From: Dehalococcoidia bacterium
GTDB lineage: Bacteria; Chloroflexota; Dehalococcoidia; GIF9; UBA5629
Assembly (NCBI GenBank): GCA_050011565.1
Contig: JBEKIW010000006.1
Coordinates: 27,848 to 91,847 of the forward strand
DNA: 64,000 bases
Reading direction: 5' to 3'
Shown: positions 1-10,602 of the stretch, one piece after another
How positions within the stretch are numbered: the first letter of the stretch is position 1
Layout of the letters: each line of letters begins with the position of its first letter
Made by a program: the position numbers and the translations under genes
The notes under the pieces: model-generated
Seen by the model: only the letters and a program-made list of their open reading frames with translations
Database searches by the model: none
Told to the model about the DNA's origin: nothing

Positions 1-1362
1 ACCATTGCTGACAGAAACGTTGAGCATTTCGGCCAGCTCGTCGATGAAGCTGCCAGTTCCGGCGGCACAGGCCTTGTTCATCTGGTAGTCAACCACGACG
101 CCGTTCCTTTTGATAACCAGCTTGGAGTCCTGACCTCCTATTTCGATTATGTCAGCATCGGCATCGATATCGGCGGCGGCTCTGGTCTGTGCCGTAATCT
201 CATTTTTAATGAGGTCGGCGCCTATGAAGCTGCCTACCAGGTATCTGCCGGAGCCGGTAACGCCTACGCCGGCTATTTTTACCTTGTCCGCGCCGCAGCA
301 GAGCAGGTTTCTAAAGACCTCTTTAACGGCATCGATAGGTCGCCCGGCGGTCATGAGGTAATGTTTTGCCAGCACCTTCCGGCCGGCTTCATCCATTATC
401 ACCGCCTTGGTGCTGGTAGAGCCGACATCGACACCTAGATATCCGGTGCACGGGTTCTTTACGTTCAGGTCTGCCCTAATTTCCTGAATCGACGCCGCCT
501 CCAGCGCCGGCATTTGATAATAGCGCTGGCCGGCACCCGCTTCCAGCAGTGTGACAGAGTTCGGTCGTTTGCCTTTAGACAGCAGTGCAGCGCCGATGGC
601 ACCCAGATGCATGTAATGTTCAGGAATAGCAACAGTTGTCGCCTGCCCGTTTCTGACTGAAAGCACATCGTTAAGTGCCTTCACTATAGCGCGGTTGGAA
701 GCCACGCCGCCGACAAAATAGACGGGCTGTCGAAAAGGGCCTTTCTTGATGGAGGTGACCATCCGGGCTACGCTTTCGCACAGCGCGTACAGCATCGACT
801 CTACCGGAACGCCTTTTTGCTGGAGATGAATGAGGTCTGTCTTGGCGAAGACGCTGCATCTGGCGGCTATTCTGGGCGCGGCGCCGTTGCATTTCATCGC
901 CAGACCGGATAATTCGTCCATGCTGATGCCGAGCCGGTACGCCTGCTGCTCCATGAAACGTCCGGTGCCGGCGGCACACAGTGGATTAGACGCCAGCTTC
1001 CACGGTTTCCTTAACCCATCCTCCAGCTCAATGACCAGCGAACTCTGGCCGCCTATCTGTATAACTGTCATAGCCTCAGGATGATAGTGAAGCAGACCGG
1101 CGGCAGTGGCTAGCGGGCTGCCATACTCTCCCCAGTTGAGCTCTTTGGGTATCACAGCCCTGCCCGAGCCTGTTACTCCGGCTGAAGCAACCTCCTCTAA
1201 GTTAAAGTCCCGGGCGAGTCTGGAAATTAGTGAGTTCAAGGCGGCTCTGGGGCTCGAGGTCACCTTCTCTATGTCAAGCCTGAGTATTTCGCCGCCGTCA
1301 TCGATAAGCGACAGCTTGGCATTGACAGAGCCGATGTCTACCCCCAGAAGATAAGAAGCCAT
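1..1362 (-). CDS. 2-hydroxyacyl-CoA dehydratase activase-like protein with tandem BadF/BadG/BcrA/BcrD ATPase domains (3'-partial, runs off the left edge)
   Basis: Not in the ORF track because no stop lies in the window. Manual translation from ATG at 1362 gives MASYLLGVDIGSVNAK...NPLCAAGTGRF...ARCSVFAKTD...YLGVDVGSTSTK...EIGGQDSK...NKACAAGTGSF, i.e. two ASKHA ATPase/[4Fe-4S] repeats. Confidence 0.88.
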   Translation of the reverse strand, partial: MASYLLGVDIGSVNAKLSLIDDGGEILRLDIEKVTSSPRAALNSLISRLARDFNLEEVASAGVTGSGRAVIPKELNWGEYGSPLATAAGLLHYHPEAMTVIQIGGQSSLVIELEDGLRKPWKLASNPLCAAGTGRFMEQQAYRLGISMDELSGLAMKCNGAAPRIAARCSVFAKTDLIHLQQKGVPVESMLYALCESVARMVTSIKKGPFRQPVYFVGGVASNRAIVKALNDVLSVRNGQATTVAIPEHYMHLGAIGAALLSKGKRPNSVTLLEAGAGQRYYQMPALEAASIQEIRADLNVKNPCTGYLGVDVGSTSTKAVIMDEAGRKVLAKHYLMTAGRPIDAVKEVFRNLLCCGADKVKIAGVGVTGSGRYLVGSFIGADLIKNEITAQTRAAADIDADADIIEIGGQDSKLVIKRNGVVVDYQMNKACAAGTGSFIDELAEMLNVSVSNG

Positions 1363-1408
1363 TTTCAAAGCCTAAACTTTAATGGAAAACCAGCCGTGAT
1401 TTAAAACT

Positions 1409-2191
1409 TCAATGCTTGGACACGAATTCGAGGAGTATGGCATTGAACTCCTCCGTACGTTCCCTGGGCGCGGAATGCCGCGAATTATTTATCACTACGA
1501 GCTCGGCACAGGGCATTTTAGAGGCATACCCCTCCTTAATAGATACCGGCACAAAGTCCTCATCGCTGGTAATCATCAGCGTCGGGCATTTAATGGTATC
1601 CAAACGGTCGGCAACGCTCCACTTTACCAGCGCCCCGAACGCATTGGCATAGGCTAGCTTGTTGGTCACCGCCATGCGCTGAATCACCGACTGATGCGGG
1701 CGTTCCTGGCCGGATGCGGGCAGCAGTTCTCCACCGTTATTCTGTCGCCTATGCCTGATGCCATTGAATTGCAGTCCTACCAGGTGCTTGATACACTCCA
1801 CGCCGTTGTTGAACGTACGCATAGAGCCTTCGGGGCAGCAGTTCACAGCCACCAGGCTCCTGACCAGTTCCGGGGCGTCTACTGCCAACTGGAAGGCAAC
1901 CATGCCGCCCATGGAGAACCCGACCACGTGTGCCGACCTTATTCCAAGCGCTCTCAGCAGCTCCCGGGTATCGGCAGCAAACAGCTCGATGCTGTAGGAT
2001 TCAATATGTTTGTCCGAGCGACCGTGGCCGCGAATATCGAACGTAATCACACGGTAGTGTTGAGAAAAAAGAGGCACCTGCTTTTTCCAGCTCCGGCTGC
2101 TCGAAGCCAGACCATGGATGAACAGTAACGGCTCGCCCTGCCCCGTCACCTCACAGTAGATACCGGTATTATTGACACGCAGCTTTGGCAT
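1409..2191 (-). CDS. alpha/beta hydrolase (3-oxoadipate enol-lactonase-like)
   Basis: FIHGL oxyanion motif, DIRGHGRS, GFSMGG nucleophile elbow, C-terminal His (SRHS). Confidence 0.85.
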   Translation of the reverse strand: MPKLRVNNTGIYCEVTGQGEPLLFIHGLASSSRSWKKQVPLFSQHYRVITFDIRGHGRSDKHIESYSIELFAADTRELLRALGIRSAHVVGFSMGGMVAFQLAVDAPELVRSLVAVNCCPEGSMRTFNNGVECIKHLVGLQFNGIRHRRQNNGGELLPASGQERPHQSVIQRMAVTNKLAYANAFGALVKWSVADRLDTIKCPTLMITSDEDFVPVSIKEGYASKMPCAELVVINNSRHSAPRERTEEFNAILLEFVSKH

Positions 2192-2264
2192 TTATGTTTT
2201 CTGTAATTATTGTGCTACAAAAATGCCTGAGGATTCAAGTTTCAGAAATCCGGTAACCAATCAC

Positions 2265-3578
2265 CTACTCTTGAGGATGAGAGAAGGACGCCAACCTATT
2301 GGAAAGTTTCTGCATAAGCCCATCGGCTGTTGCTATACCTTGGATTATACGTGCAAAATCCGGTCCGCCCAGCAAAGCCTGCCCGCCGCCGCTTACAAAA
2401 TCTGCCGCGGCATCGGCAATTTTGATACAACTCGACAGTACTTGCTCAAATTCACTCCTGGCCTCGCGTAATTCCTTATCCTTGGGTTTGGATAGTTTTT
2501 TAGATCGCTCCAGCATTGGACGAAGCTTTAACCCCTCCATCAAGTCCAGCGGTGAAGCCGGCATGCCATCAGTGCTCTTTCTGGTAACAACGTTTATAAT
2601 AGGTGACGCCTGTTCATAGACCGCCATAAATTCGCTTGGCCATTCACTTTTCTTCGCTTCCGGCTTCTCTGCTAAGGCTACAGTTTTTTGTTTCTCCGGT
2701 TTGGGGGGCTTAACACTCTTTTGCTTCTCTGATTTGACTAACGCTGGACTTTCTTGCTTCTGAGCCTGTGGTGCTATTATAGGAACGTCGCCCCGCTTAT
2801 CCCAGCAGTTGCGGCATATAGGATGAGTCCCGGTCACATAATTGCATTCATTACAGACATACTGCTTGCACCTGGAACATAAATTAACGGCATCCGCCCC
2901 GGGATGATAGAAACACCTTATCACCGCTCCGGCATCATCCAACAAGATCGGCAACTTTAACCGCTCCGTACTAACCGCCCTCTCCGTCACTTTTTCTGGT
3001 GCAGGAGCTTCTTCGCTGGCGGCGCCGGCGACGCCGACATCACCGATGTCGCTGACATCCTTGGTAACTCCAACATCTTTTGTATCCCGACTATCCACTA
3101 TATCCAGGACATTCTTATTAGGAGTGTAATCGAGCTCTTTTAGTTGCCGGTCATTAGGCGCACTGTATGGTCCCGTATCCGGCCATCGGTTGGTTACTGG
3201 TTCGCCCTCAAAGTCGCCGCCGTAGCCGATTGCCTTATTCTCTAAGAGTAGCAGGACAATAAATCCAAATGGAACGAAGAGTAAAAGTAATAACCACTTG
3301 TTCCTTGCCTTTCGACCAAGATACCACCACGTTATAATACAGGCAAATATAAGCAATACGAATCCGACAATAAAAAATACAACCGCGTATTGCATAGCTA
3401 TACTTAATATATATGCCATGATTTCCGATTTTCCGGCACCAGAAGCAACAAGACTTAAAAGTCCACTATAAAGTTGTGGTAAAAATATCAAATACAAAAT
3501 AAACGATACGATAGATGGAAAAAGATAGACTCCTAGAAAATAACTCCAGTTGAGATGTTTTTCAAACCAGTTCATCAC
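2265..3578 (-). CDS. membrane protein with N-terminal TM helices, a B-box-like Zn finger and a C-terminal helical domain
   Basis: Hydrophobic N-terminal ~115 aa; CFYHP-x6-CSRC-x4-CNEC-x9-CRNC cluster; Lys/Pro/Glu-rich linker. Confidence 0.65.
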   Translation of the reverse strand: MMNWFEKHLNWSYFLGVYLFPSIVSFILYLIFLPQLYSGLLSLVASGAGKSEIMAYILSIAMQYAVVFFIVGFVLLIFACIITWWYLGRKARNKWLLLLLFVPFGFIVLLLLENKAIGYGGDFEGEPVTNRWPDTGPYSAPNDRQLKELDYTPNKNVLDIVDSRDTKDVGVTKDVSDIGDVGVAGAASEEAPAPEKVTERAVSTERLKLPILLDDAGAVIRCFYHPGADAVNLCSRCKQYVCNECNYVTGTHPICRNCWDKRGDVPIIAPQAQKQESPALVKSEKQKSVKPPKPEKQKTVALAEKPEAKKSEWPSEFMAVYEQASPIINVVTRKSTDGMPASPLDLMEGLKLRPMLERSKKLSKPKDKELREARSEFEQVLSSCIKIADAAADFVSGGGQALLGGPDFARIIQGIATADGLMQKLSNRLASFSHPQE

Positions 3579-3866
3579 CAGCTCCTGTGCACTTCAATAG
3601 CCAGCATCCATTGTCTCGATTATACGACAACTAAACATAAAATAAAATACCCTCGGCTTCGCTACGGCTATCCGACAAAAGGACTAGGCAAAGTGGCCGA
3701 TAACCGCAGCCGTTAGTCTTAAGACCAATCTACGACCCAAAATCATACAGGTGCCCGATTCACTTCAAGCGATATTAGGTAGATAATATATTCAGAAATC
3801 GATAACCTAAACCAATTTAGCTTAAAATCGTTATAAATAGTAGAGAGGCAACAAGGAGGTAAAGAA

Positions 3867-3998
3867 ATGAAGAAAATAAACAAATTCACCGCCGTTATCT
3901 CTCATGACAGACAGCTTATAAGCCTGTTCAGCGGCATGGTCCTCTCCTGTATAGGACTGCTTGGCGTGGTAGTTACCGCCTGTGTCTGGTACCTGTAA
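3867..3998 (+). CDS. small single-pass membrane protein, 43 aa (MKKINKFTAVISHDRQLISLFSGMVLSCIGLLGVVVTACVWYL)
   Basis: Below the ORF-track cutoff. Strong SD AAGGAGGT 6 nt before the ATG, basic N-terminus, hydrophobic C-terminal helix, followed by a terminator hairpin. Confidence 0.6.
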   Translation: MKKINKFTAVISHDRQLISLFSGMVLSCIGLLGVVVTACVWYL

Positions 3999-4040
3999 TT
4001 AGCGTTGTCAATCAATTGAATCGGAACCTGCGTAATAATT

Positions 4041-4083
4041 AATCGGGGCCTGTGCTATTAACACAGACCCCGATTTCTTTTTT
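4041..4083 (+). terminator. intrinsic terminator between convergent genes
   Basis: AATCGGGGCCTGTG / CACAGACCCCGATT stem (one mismatch) followed by TCTTTTTT. Confidence 0.75.
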
Positions 4084-4098
4084 AACTCAACCTTAGAC

Positions 4099-5247
4099 TT
4101 AAATCTTCCCGCTTTTCAACGTTTTGGTCGGCTCAAACGTCTTAATGCCAAACTTCTTAGCCAATTCCTCTAATCTTTTAGCCAGTTTGTCATAGCCTAT
4201 ACCCTTGGCAAGCTGGAACGGGCCAAACGCAGAGCCACCCCCATTAATCATGGCTTTGTCAATCTCATCCGCGCTCTTTACTACACCTTCCTCAAGCAAC
4301 TTCGTGGCTTCATTGACCTGTATGGCAATCATGTCGGTCGGGTCGAAGTCCTCTTTTGCCTTGGACAAGTCTATCTCAGGTCTTCCCTTGGACCAATCGA
4401 AAATACCTTTTCCTGACTTCTTGCCCAGGGTCTTGGCATCAATCAAATCCTTCAGCCATTTATGCGGCTTATAATCCGGTGACAACACGCCGGCAAAGTA
4501 AAGACTGCCATGATAGAAAACGTCCAAGCCGACATAGTCCATCAGTTCGTACGGCCCCATAGGCATGCCGATTTTTCTCATCTTGGCGTCGATTTCCTCA
4601 GGTGTAGCCAGCTTCCTTTCGATTATTTCACCGAGATAGATTCCAGTAGGGGCATTAACCCTATTGTAAACAAAACCTGGAGAGTCTTTTTCAACCCTTA
4701 CCGGAACCTTGTTCATCTTCAATGCCAGGTCGTAGGTCACTTTCATCGTCTCCTCGCTGGTCTTATTGCCCTTTATAACTTCAACCAGCTTCATCAGAAC
4801 GGCGGGATTAAAAAAGTGCATACCGACAACCTGTGCCTGTCTCTTGGTATGCTCGGCGATCTCCGAAACGCTCATATTGGAGGTATTTGAAGCCAGAATC
4901 GCATGTTTCGGCGCCGCCTTATCCAGCGCCTCGAAAACCTGTTTCTTCAGTTCCATAATTTCCGGAACGGCTTCGATGACAAAATCAGCATCTTTAACGG
5001 CTTGGGCTACATCGACAAAGGTCTCAACGTTAGCCAGCATCACTTGTTTATTGGCTTCGGTTATTTTCTGCTTCTCAGTAAGTTTCTCCAGGCTCTCCTT
5101 AATTCTGGTAAGTCCCCTATCGACAAATCTCTGTTCGATGTCCCGCAAAGCCACTTTGTAGCCGGCGAGTAACGCCACCTCGGCGATACCGTGGCCCATA
5201 TCACCCGCACCCATGACTGCAATCTTTTTAATGTCCTCTACTTTCAT
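4099..5247 (-). CDS. 3-hydroxyacyl-CoA dehydrogenase with duplicated C-terminal dimerisation domain
   Basis: GAGDMGHG Rossmann motif, EAVPE, ASNTS, GMHFFNP...LVE catalytic His/Glu, PMGPYEL and a second GPFQL repeat. Confidence 0.92.
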   Translation of the reverse strand: MKVEDIKKIAVMGAGDMGHGIAEVALLAGYKVALRDIEQRFVDRGLTRIKESLEKLTEKQKITEANKQVMLANVETFVDVAQAVKDADFVIEAVPEIMELKKQVFEALDKAAPKHAILASNTSNMSVSEIAEHTKRQAQVVGMHFFNPAVLMKLVEVIKGNKTSEETMKVTYDLALKMNKVPVRVEKDSPGFVYNRVNAPTGIYLGEIIERKLATPEEIDAKMRKIGMPMGPYELMDYVGLDVFYHGSLYFAGVLSPDYKPHKWLKDLIDAKTLGKKSGKGIFDWSKGRPEIDLSKAKEDFDPTDMIAIQVNEATKLLEEGVVKSADEIDKAMINGGGSAFGPFQLAKGIGYDKLAKRLEELAKKFGIKTFEPTKTLKSGKI

Positions 5248-5290
5248 GTGAAAATCTCCTTTCTATTTATTATATACCGCTTTACGGCGG

Positions 5291-6067
5291 CTATTCACCT
5301 GTAAATACCGCCTCCCGCTTCTCAATAAAGGCTATGATCCCTTCCATGGCATCCTTTGTCTTCGCCACCCGCTGGGAACCCGCCAGCTCAATCTTGATTC
5401 CTTCCTCGGTAGTTGTTTCCAGTCCGCGAGTTACCGCGTCCAGAATTACCTCTACGGCAACGGGGGCCTTCTTCGCCAGTGCTCTGGCGAGCTCTTTGGC
5501 GTCCTTCATCAGCTCCTCTGATTTAGATACCTTGGTCACCAGGCCGATTCTTAGAGCCTCGGCGGCCCCGACTCTTGTTGACAGCAGCAACATTTCCAAT
5601 GCCTTAGTCTTACCCACTAATCTGGGCAATCTCTGAGTACCACCCCAGCCTGGTATGATACCCCGATCTATCTCAGGTTGGCCCATGAATACCTTTTCGG
5701 AATCAGCGATTATCCTGAAGTGGCACGCCATAGACAGTTCACAGCCCCCACCCAACGCAAAGCCGTTTATGGCTGCAATCACGGGCTTGGGGTATTTCTC
5801 AATCTGGCTAAATACCACCTGGCCTTTGTCCATGGCTTTGGTACCCTCCGGGGTACCGCCGATCTTTAAATCGAATCCTGCTGAGAAACCCTTTTCGCCG
5901 GCGCCGGTGATGATTAAGGCTCTTACTGCCTTATCCTTTCGAAACTCATTTAGAACCGCTTCAAGTTCATCGAGGACAGTAAGGTTTATCGGGTTAGCCG
6001 GCGGTCGGTTTAGCGTGATTACCGCGATGTTCTCGTCTCGTTCAACAATTAAAGTCTCATAAGCCAT
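5291..6067 (-). CDS. enoyl-CoA hydratase (crotonase family)
   Basis: TLNRPPAN, FSAGFDL, AINGFALGGGCEL, GQPEI with both catalytic Glu. Start placed at MAYETL behind a GGAGGA SD. Confidence 0.92.
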   Translation of the reverse strand: MAYETLIVERDENIAVITLNRPPANPINLTVLDELEAVLNEFRKDKAVRALIITGAGEKGFSAGFDLKIGGTPEGTKAMDKGQVVFSQIEKYPKPVIAAINGFALGGGCELSMACHFRIIADSEKVFMGQPEIDRGIIPGWGGTQRLPRLVGKTKALEMLLLSTRVGAAEALRIGLVTKVSKSEELMKDAKELARALAKKAPVAVEVILDAVTRGLETTTEEGIKIELAGSQRVAKTKDAMEGIIAFIEKREAVFTGE

Positions 6068-6189
6068 AGTATCCTCCATTATTGAAATTATTGTACTGTG
6101 TCATGATTGTGCTATTAAAACTCCGTACTCTACAGCCTCCTTTCAGCTCGGGAGTTATCGGGATACTTTTGCACTAACACAACAAAGAA

Positions 6190-6218
6190 ATGTTAACACC
6201 TATAGCTGTAGCTGTCAA
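6190..6218 (-). promoter_or_regulatory. sigma70-type promoter for the crotonase/dehydrogenase operon
   Basis: Minus strand TTGACA-17 nt-TAACAT. Confidence 0.55.
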
Positions 6219-6243
6219 CGTACTTTAAGTCTAATGATACCTA

Positions 6244-6272
6244 TTGATTTATTGAACGCGGAAACATATACT
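6244..6272 (+). promoter_or_regulatory. sigma70-type promoter for the 6305 gene (divergent partner)
   Basis: TTGATT-17 nt-TATACT, followed by AAGGAGGT SD. Confidence 0.5.
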
Positions 6273-6304
6273 AAGGGACAAAAACAGGAAGGAGGTGACC
6301 TCGA

Positions 6305-6556
6305 ATGCCAGAAGTTGAAATCGGGCACGTAAGCGATTTCTTTGCCCGGCCTGTGGTTGCCGGCATAACGCTAACCGGCACCTTAAAAGTAGGCGATAAG
6401 GTTCACATCAAAGGCCATACTACAGACCTTGAAATGACGGTTGATTCCATGCAAATCAACAATTTAAACGTAACCGAAGGTAAGGCCGCAGATGCTATTG
6501 GCGTTAAAGTAACCGACCGCGTCAGACCCGGCGATAAAGTTTACAAGGTTACTTAA
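6305..6556 (+). CDS. small translation elongation factor domain-II-like beta-barrel protein
   Basis: IGHVSDFF...[17 protein letters not shown]...VDSMQI...[16 protein letters not shown] pattern; strong SD. Confidence 0.75.
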   Translation: MPEVEIGHVSDFFARPVVAGITLTGTLKVGDKVHIKGHTTDLEMTVDSMQINNLNVTEGKAADAIGVKVTDRVRPGDKVYKVT

Positions 6557-7028
6557 CTTCTAAAACGATGGCTTTAAGCAAATTCGCCATTTCTATGGCG
6601 TTCGATGCTGCCATAAAGCCACGATTGCCTGCCTTAGCTCCAGCTCGCTCGATGGCCTGTTCCAGAGTATCCGCAGTTATTATGCCTTGAATTATGGGCA
6701 CACCGGTATCCAGGCTTACCCGGGAGATGCCGCGGTTCACCTCGGAAGCCACATACTCAAAATGTGATGTGCCGCCCCGAATCACTGCTCCAAGACAAAC
6801 GACAGCATTATATTTGCCGCTTTCGGCAAGCCTTTTGGCTACCAGCGGAATTTCCAGCGCACCCGGCGTCCAGGCAACATCGATATCGAGCTCACCAACG
6901 CCGTGACGCAGAAAAGCGTCTTTGGCTCCATCGAGCAACCTCGCCGTTATAACTTCATTGAAACGCGATACAATCACACCGAATTTCAGCCCTTTGCCTA
7001 ATAGCATACCTTCGTAATTCTTTACCAT
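6549..7028 (-). CDS. ribH: 6,7-dimethyl-8-ribityllumazine synthase
   Basis: [38 protein letters not shown]. Confidence 0.97.
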   Translation of the reverse strand: MVKNYEGMLLGKGLKFGVIVSRFNEVITARLLDGAKDAFLRHGVGELDIDVAWTPGALEIPLVAKRLAESGKYNAVVCLGAVIRGGTSHFEYVASEVNRGISRVSLDTGVPIIQGIITADTLEQAIERAGAKAGNRGFMAASNAIEMANLLKAIVLEVK

Positions 7029-7054
7029 ATACCTTACCCTCCTTAACTCACAAA

Positions 7055-8272
7055 TTACGCTTTATCGTCTTCGTCTACGTCTAACATGTGCCCGAGCTTC
7101 TTCTGTTTCGTCTTCAGGTACTCCAGGTTGTACGGATTCGGCGGCGTTTGTAAATCGACAATCTCCACTATGTGAAGTCCGTAGCTCTCCAGCCCGATTA
7201 CCTTCTTCGGGTTATTGGTCAGCAGTCGAATCTTATGTAAACCTAAGTCGGCCAGAATCTGAGCCCCGATGCCGTAATCTCTCAAATCGGCATCAAAGCC
7301 CAGTGCCAGATTGGCTTCCACGGTATCCAGACCCTGGTCCTGGAGAGCATAAGCCCGCAGTTTGTTATGGAAACCTATCCCCCTGCCTTCCTGCCGCATG
7401 TAAAGAAATACGCCACGCCCCTCGGCAGTAATCTTCTCCATTGCCAGGGCGATTTGGCCACCACAATCGCAGCGCAGGCTGCCGAAAACATCACCGGTAA
7501 GACATTCACTGTGGACCCGTACCAACACCGGTTCTTCACCCGTTATATCGCCTTTAACCAAAGCCACGTGCTGGTCCGGGTCAACCTTGCTCCTGTAGGC
7601 AATAACAACGAACTCACCATACCTGGTGGGCAGTTTGGCTTCGGCTACCCTTTCCACCAGCTTCTCATGGCGGCGGCGGTACGCTATCAAATCGGCTATA
7701 CTCATAATTTTAATTCCGAACTTATCTGCCATGTCTTCAAGCTGGGGCAACCGGGCCATGGTGCCGTCTTCATTCATAATCTCACAGACAACTCCTGCAG
7801 GATAAAGCCCGGCGAATTTAGCCAGGTCCACTATAGACTCGGTGTGTCCGGCGCGCACCAGCACGCCGCCTTCTTTAGCCCGGATGGGGAACATATGGCC
7901 GGGACGGGCTAAATCGTCAGGCTTAGTATTGGGGTCGAGAATAGCCTTTACCGTTGCCGCACGGTCATGAGCTGAGATACCGCTCGATGTTTTATGCTTG
8001 GCTTCGATAGATACGGCAAAAGCGGTTGAGAACTTCGCCGTATTCTCCTGAACCATCAGGGGTATTTTCAACTCATCTAACCGATAGCCGATTATAGGCA
8101 GGCATATCAGTCCGCGAGCATGCCTGGCCATGAAATTAATTGCCTCCGGATTGACCTTCTCCGCAGCAATTGCCAGGTCTCCTTCATTCTCACGGTTCTC
8201 ATCATCAACTATGATGATGAATTTGCCGGCTTTTATATCCTCAATTGCTTCAGGAACGGTAGCAAACACCAT
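7055..8272 (-). CDS. ribBA: bifunctional DHBP synthase / GTP cyclohydrolase II
   Basis: [56 protein letters not shown]. Confidence 0.97.
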   Translation of the reverse strand: MVFATVPEAIEDIKAGKFIIIVDDENRENEGDLAIAAEKVNPEAINFMARHARGLICLPIIGYRLDELKIPLMVQENTAKFSTAFAVSIEAKHKTSSGISAHDRAATVKAILDPNTKPDDLARPGHMFPIRAKEGGVLVRAGHTESIVDLAKFAGLYPAGVVCEIMNEDGTMARLPQLEDMADKFGIKIMSIADLIAYRRRHEKLVERVAEAKLPTRYGEFVVIAYRSKVDPDQHVALVKGDITGEEPVLVRVHSECLTGDVFGSLRCDCGGQIALAMEKITAEGRGVFLYMRQEGRGIGFHNKLRAYALQDQGLDTVEANLALGFDADLRDYGIGAQILADLGLHKIRLLTNNPKKVIGLESYGLHIVEIVDLQTPPNPYNLEYLKTKQKKLGHMLDVDEDDKA

Positions 8273-8278
8273 TAAACC

Positions 8279-8911
8279 TCACCTCGCTTTTAAGAAACCC
8301 TGCTCTTCCAGGAAATCCAGCATCACACCACGTTTATCTCTTTGCTGGAGCCTTTCCACGTATTTAGCCATTATGTCCACCTCAAGATTAACTACATCAC
8401 CCGGCCTAATTATACCTAATGTGGTGTGCTTTCGCGTAAAATCTACCAAAGAGACGGAAAATGAAAAATCATCGCAATCGATAACAGTCAGGCTGACGCC
8501 ATCGACGGCGATAAAGCCTTTGCTCACCACATACGGCATCAAATGAGGCGGCGCTGAAATCCTGGCAATATAGGCCCCCTCTTCGGGCTTCACTGATAGG
8601 ACTTTTCCCACGTCGTCAACATGCCCCTGCACAAAATGACCGCCGAAACGCCCATCGGCCGGCACCGCTCTTTCTAAATTCACCCTGTCTCCATAATGAA
8701 GCCTGCCCAGATTGGTACGTCGAATCGTCTCCGGCATGACCTCTGCGCTGAAGTCATTTTTACTTGTTGAAGTCACCGTTAAGCAAGCTCCGCTTACGGA
8801 TATGCTGTCACCCGGCTTGGTTCCCTCGACTACCTTATTGGCCTCGATATTCAGCCGCCCGGGACCAAGCTCTTTGACCTTGCCGATTTCCTCAACAATG
8901 CCGGTAAACAT
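8279..8911 (-). CDS. ribE: riboflavin synthase (alpha chain)
   Basis: MFTGIVEE N-terminus, [23 protein letters not shown]. Confidence 0.97.
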   Translation of the reverse strand: MFTGIVEEIGKVKELGPGRLNIEANKVVEGTKPGDSISVSGACLTVTSTSKNDFSAEVMPETIRRTNLGRLHYGDRVNLERAVPADGRFGGHFVQGHVDDVGKVLSVKPEEGAYIARISAPPHLMPYVVSKGFIAVDGVSLTVIDCDDFSFSVSLVDFTRKHTTLGIIRPGDVVNLEVDIMAKYVERLQQRDKRGVMLDFLEEQGFLKAR

Positions 8912-10026
8912 TATTCTTTTCCATTAACATAGCCACTGATTAAGACATCGTCACCGAATTCGAGCATTTTAACCCGCTTCAAACGAAGCGCATCGGCAAT
9001 TTTCCTGACGCCGTTGCCACCGACAGCGCTCTTAGCTTGATCCCCACCTACTATAATAGGTGACACGAAAGCCAGAACCTTATCTACCAGGCCACCATCG
9101 AACAGCGAGCCGAAGAGCCCACTTCCACCTTCTACCAAAACACTGGTGACCTCTCGCCTACCCAGAACAGTCAAAAGCTCCTTTAAATCTATTACATCCT
9201 TTTCAGCCGGCAATTCGACAATTTCGGCACCGGTCTTTCCAAAGCGATCAGCCGCTTTGGCATTAAAGGGTTTAGCCACAGCCAAAAGTGTTTTTCCCGG
9301 CTCCTTAAAAACCTTTGCTGATATCGGTGTTCGCCCCCGGCCGTCGACAATTACCCTTAAAGGTTGCAGCTTGGTCTTACCACCTTTTCCGCTGCATCCC
9401 CTGGCTGAAAGCTGAGGGTCATCGGCTATCACGGTATTCGCCCCCACCATAACGGCGTCAACGATATGACGCAGATAATGCACAAACTTCAACGATTCTT
9501 CGCTGCTTATCCATTTGGAATCGCCGGTTTTAGTAGCAATTTTGCCGTCAAGGCTCATGGCAAATTTGGCGATGACAAACGGTATACCGGTAGTTATATA
9601 TTTTATGTAACCTTCGTTTAACTCTTGAGCTCTGTCTTCATACTGGCCGACAAAGGTCTTGATGCCGGCGGCTTTCAATGTCTTTAATCCTTTTCCCGAG
9701 ACTAGGGGATTCGGGTCAATCAAAGCCATATGAACTTCAGAAATACCGGCATCGATTACCGCCTGCGTACAGGGAGGCGTATGCCCGTGGTGGCAGCAGG
9801 GCTCCAGCGTAACATACATTGTTGCCCCTTTAGCCCTTTGTCCCGCCTGTCTAAGCGCCATTATCTCAGCATGTACAGAACCGGGAGGCTGCGTATGCCC
9901 CAATCCCACCACAACTCCGTCTCTAACCACCACGGCACCGACCGCCGGATTAGGGCTGGTATAGCCTAAAGCTAAACCTGCCAATGATAAAGCGGATTCC
10001 ATAAAGTCTTTAGGACGAGCTAACAC
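8911..10026 (-). CDS. ribD: riboflavin biosynthesis deaminase/reductase
   Basis: PNPAVGAV, HAE, TLEPCCHHGHTPPC Zn motif, SLDGKIA, VEGG. Confidence 0.96.
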   Translation of the reverse strand: MLARPKDFMESALSLAGLALGYTSPNPAVGAVVVRDGVVVGLGHTQPPGSVHAEIMALRQAGQRAKGATMYVTLEPCCHHGHTPPCTQAVIDAGISEVHMALIDPNPLVSGKGLKTLKAAGIKTFVGQYEDRAQELNEGYIKYITTGIPFVIAKFAMSLDGKIATKTGDSKWISSEESLKFVHYLRHIVDAVMVGANTVIADDPQLSARGCSGKGGKTKLQPLRVIVDGRGRTPISAKVFKEPGKTLLAVAKPFNAKAADRFGKTGAEIVELPAEKDVIDLKELLTVLGRREVTSVLVEGGSGLFGSLFDGGLVDKVLAFVSPIIVGGDQAKSAVGGNGVRKIADALRLKRVKMLEFGDDVLISGYVNGKE

Positions 10027-10602
10027 TTAAGTCCCCTTCACAAAGTTTTCATGGTACTTACTGGCGGTTGGCTCAGTCTGACCTTGATATTTGCTTCCCA
10101 GCTCCGCCGCCCCGTACAATCTGTCTACAGGAGAGGTTAGTCTAAGAAAAGAGATTTGTCCAATCTTCATCTTGTAATAAAGAGTAATCGGCAATTTAGC
10201 GACATTGGATAGCTCGAGTGTGAGGTGACCCTGCCAGCCCGGATCTACATAGCCGGCGGTTGAGTGAATTAAAAGCCCGATCCTGCCCAGAGAGCTTTTC
10301 CCTTCAAGCCTGCCAACTATATCATCGGGCAGTGTAATCGATTCCAAAGTGCTGGCTAAAACGAATTCACCGGGATTAAGAAAAAAGGCGTTGTCCTCTT
10401 CAATCTCCACGAGTTCATTTAAATGGTCCAAACTACGCCTGACATCTATATACGCCGGATATCGCTGCGACTTAAAGACCAGGAGTTTTTTATCTAAATG
10501 AAGGTCGACACTGGCCGGCTGGATGCAATCCGGACTAAGAGGCTCGATAATGATTCTGCCCCTGTTAATTTCCTCTCTAATTGTCCTGTCGCTGAGCACC
10601 AT
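10027..10602 (-). CDS. dcd: dCTP deaminase
   Basis: MVLSDR start, QPASVDL, EGKSSLGRIGL..HSTAGYVDPGW.G.LTLE, KYQGQ. Confidence 0.95.
   Translation of the reverse strand: MVLSDRTIREEINRGRIIIEPLSPDCIQPASVDLHLDKKLLVFKSQRYPAYIDVRRSLDHLNELVEIEEDNAFFLNPGEFVLASTLESITLPDDIVGRLEGKSSLGRIGLLIHSTAGYVDPGWQGHLTLELSNVAKLPITLYYKMKIGQISFLRLTSPVDRLYGAAELGSKYQGQTEPTASKYHENFVKGT

Noticed and set aside
149-1354. Short track ORFs at 149, 465, 671, 830 and 1106
   Set aside because: Shadows of the minus-strand CoA-activase frame that runs off the edge.
3660-3730. c-di-GMP-like riboswitch (GGCAAA plus hairpin)
   Set aside because: Lacks the GAAA tetraloop/receptor and second stem of the GEMM motif.
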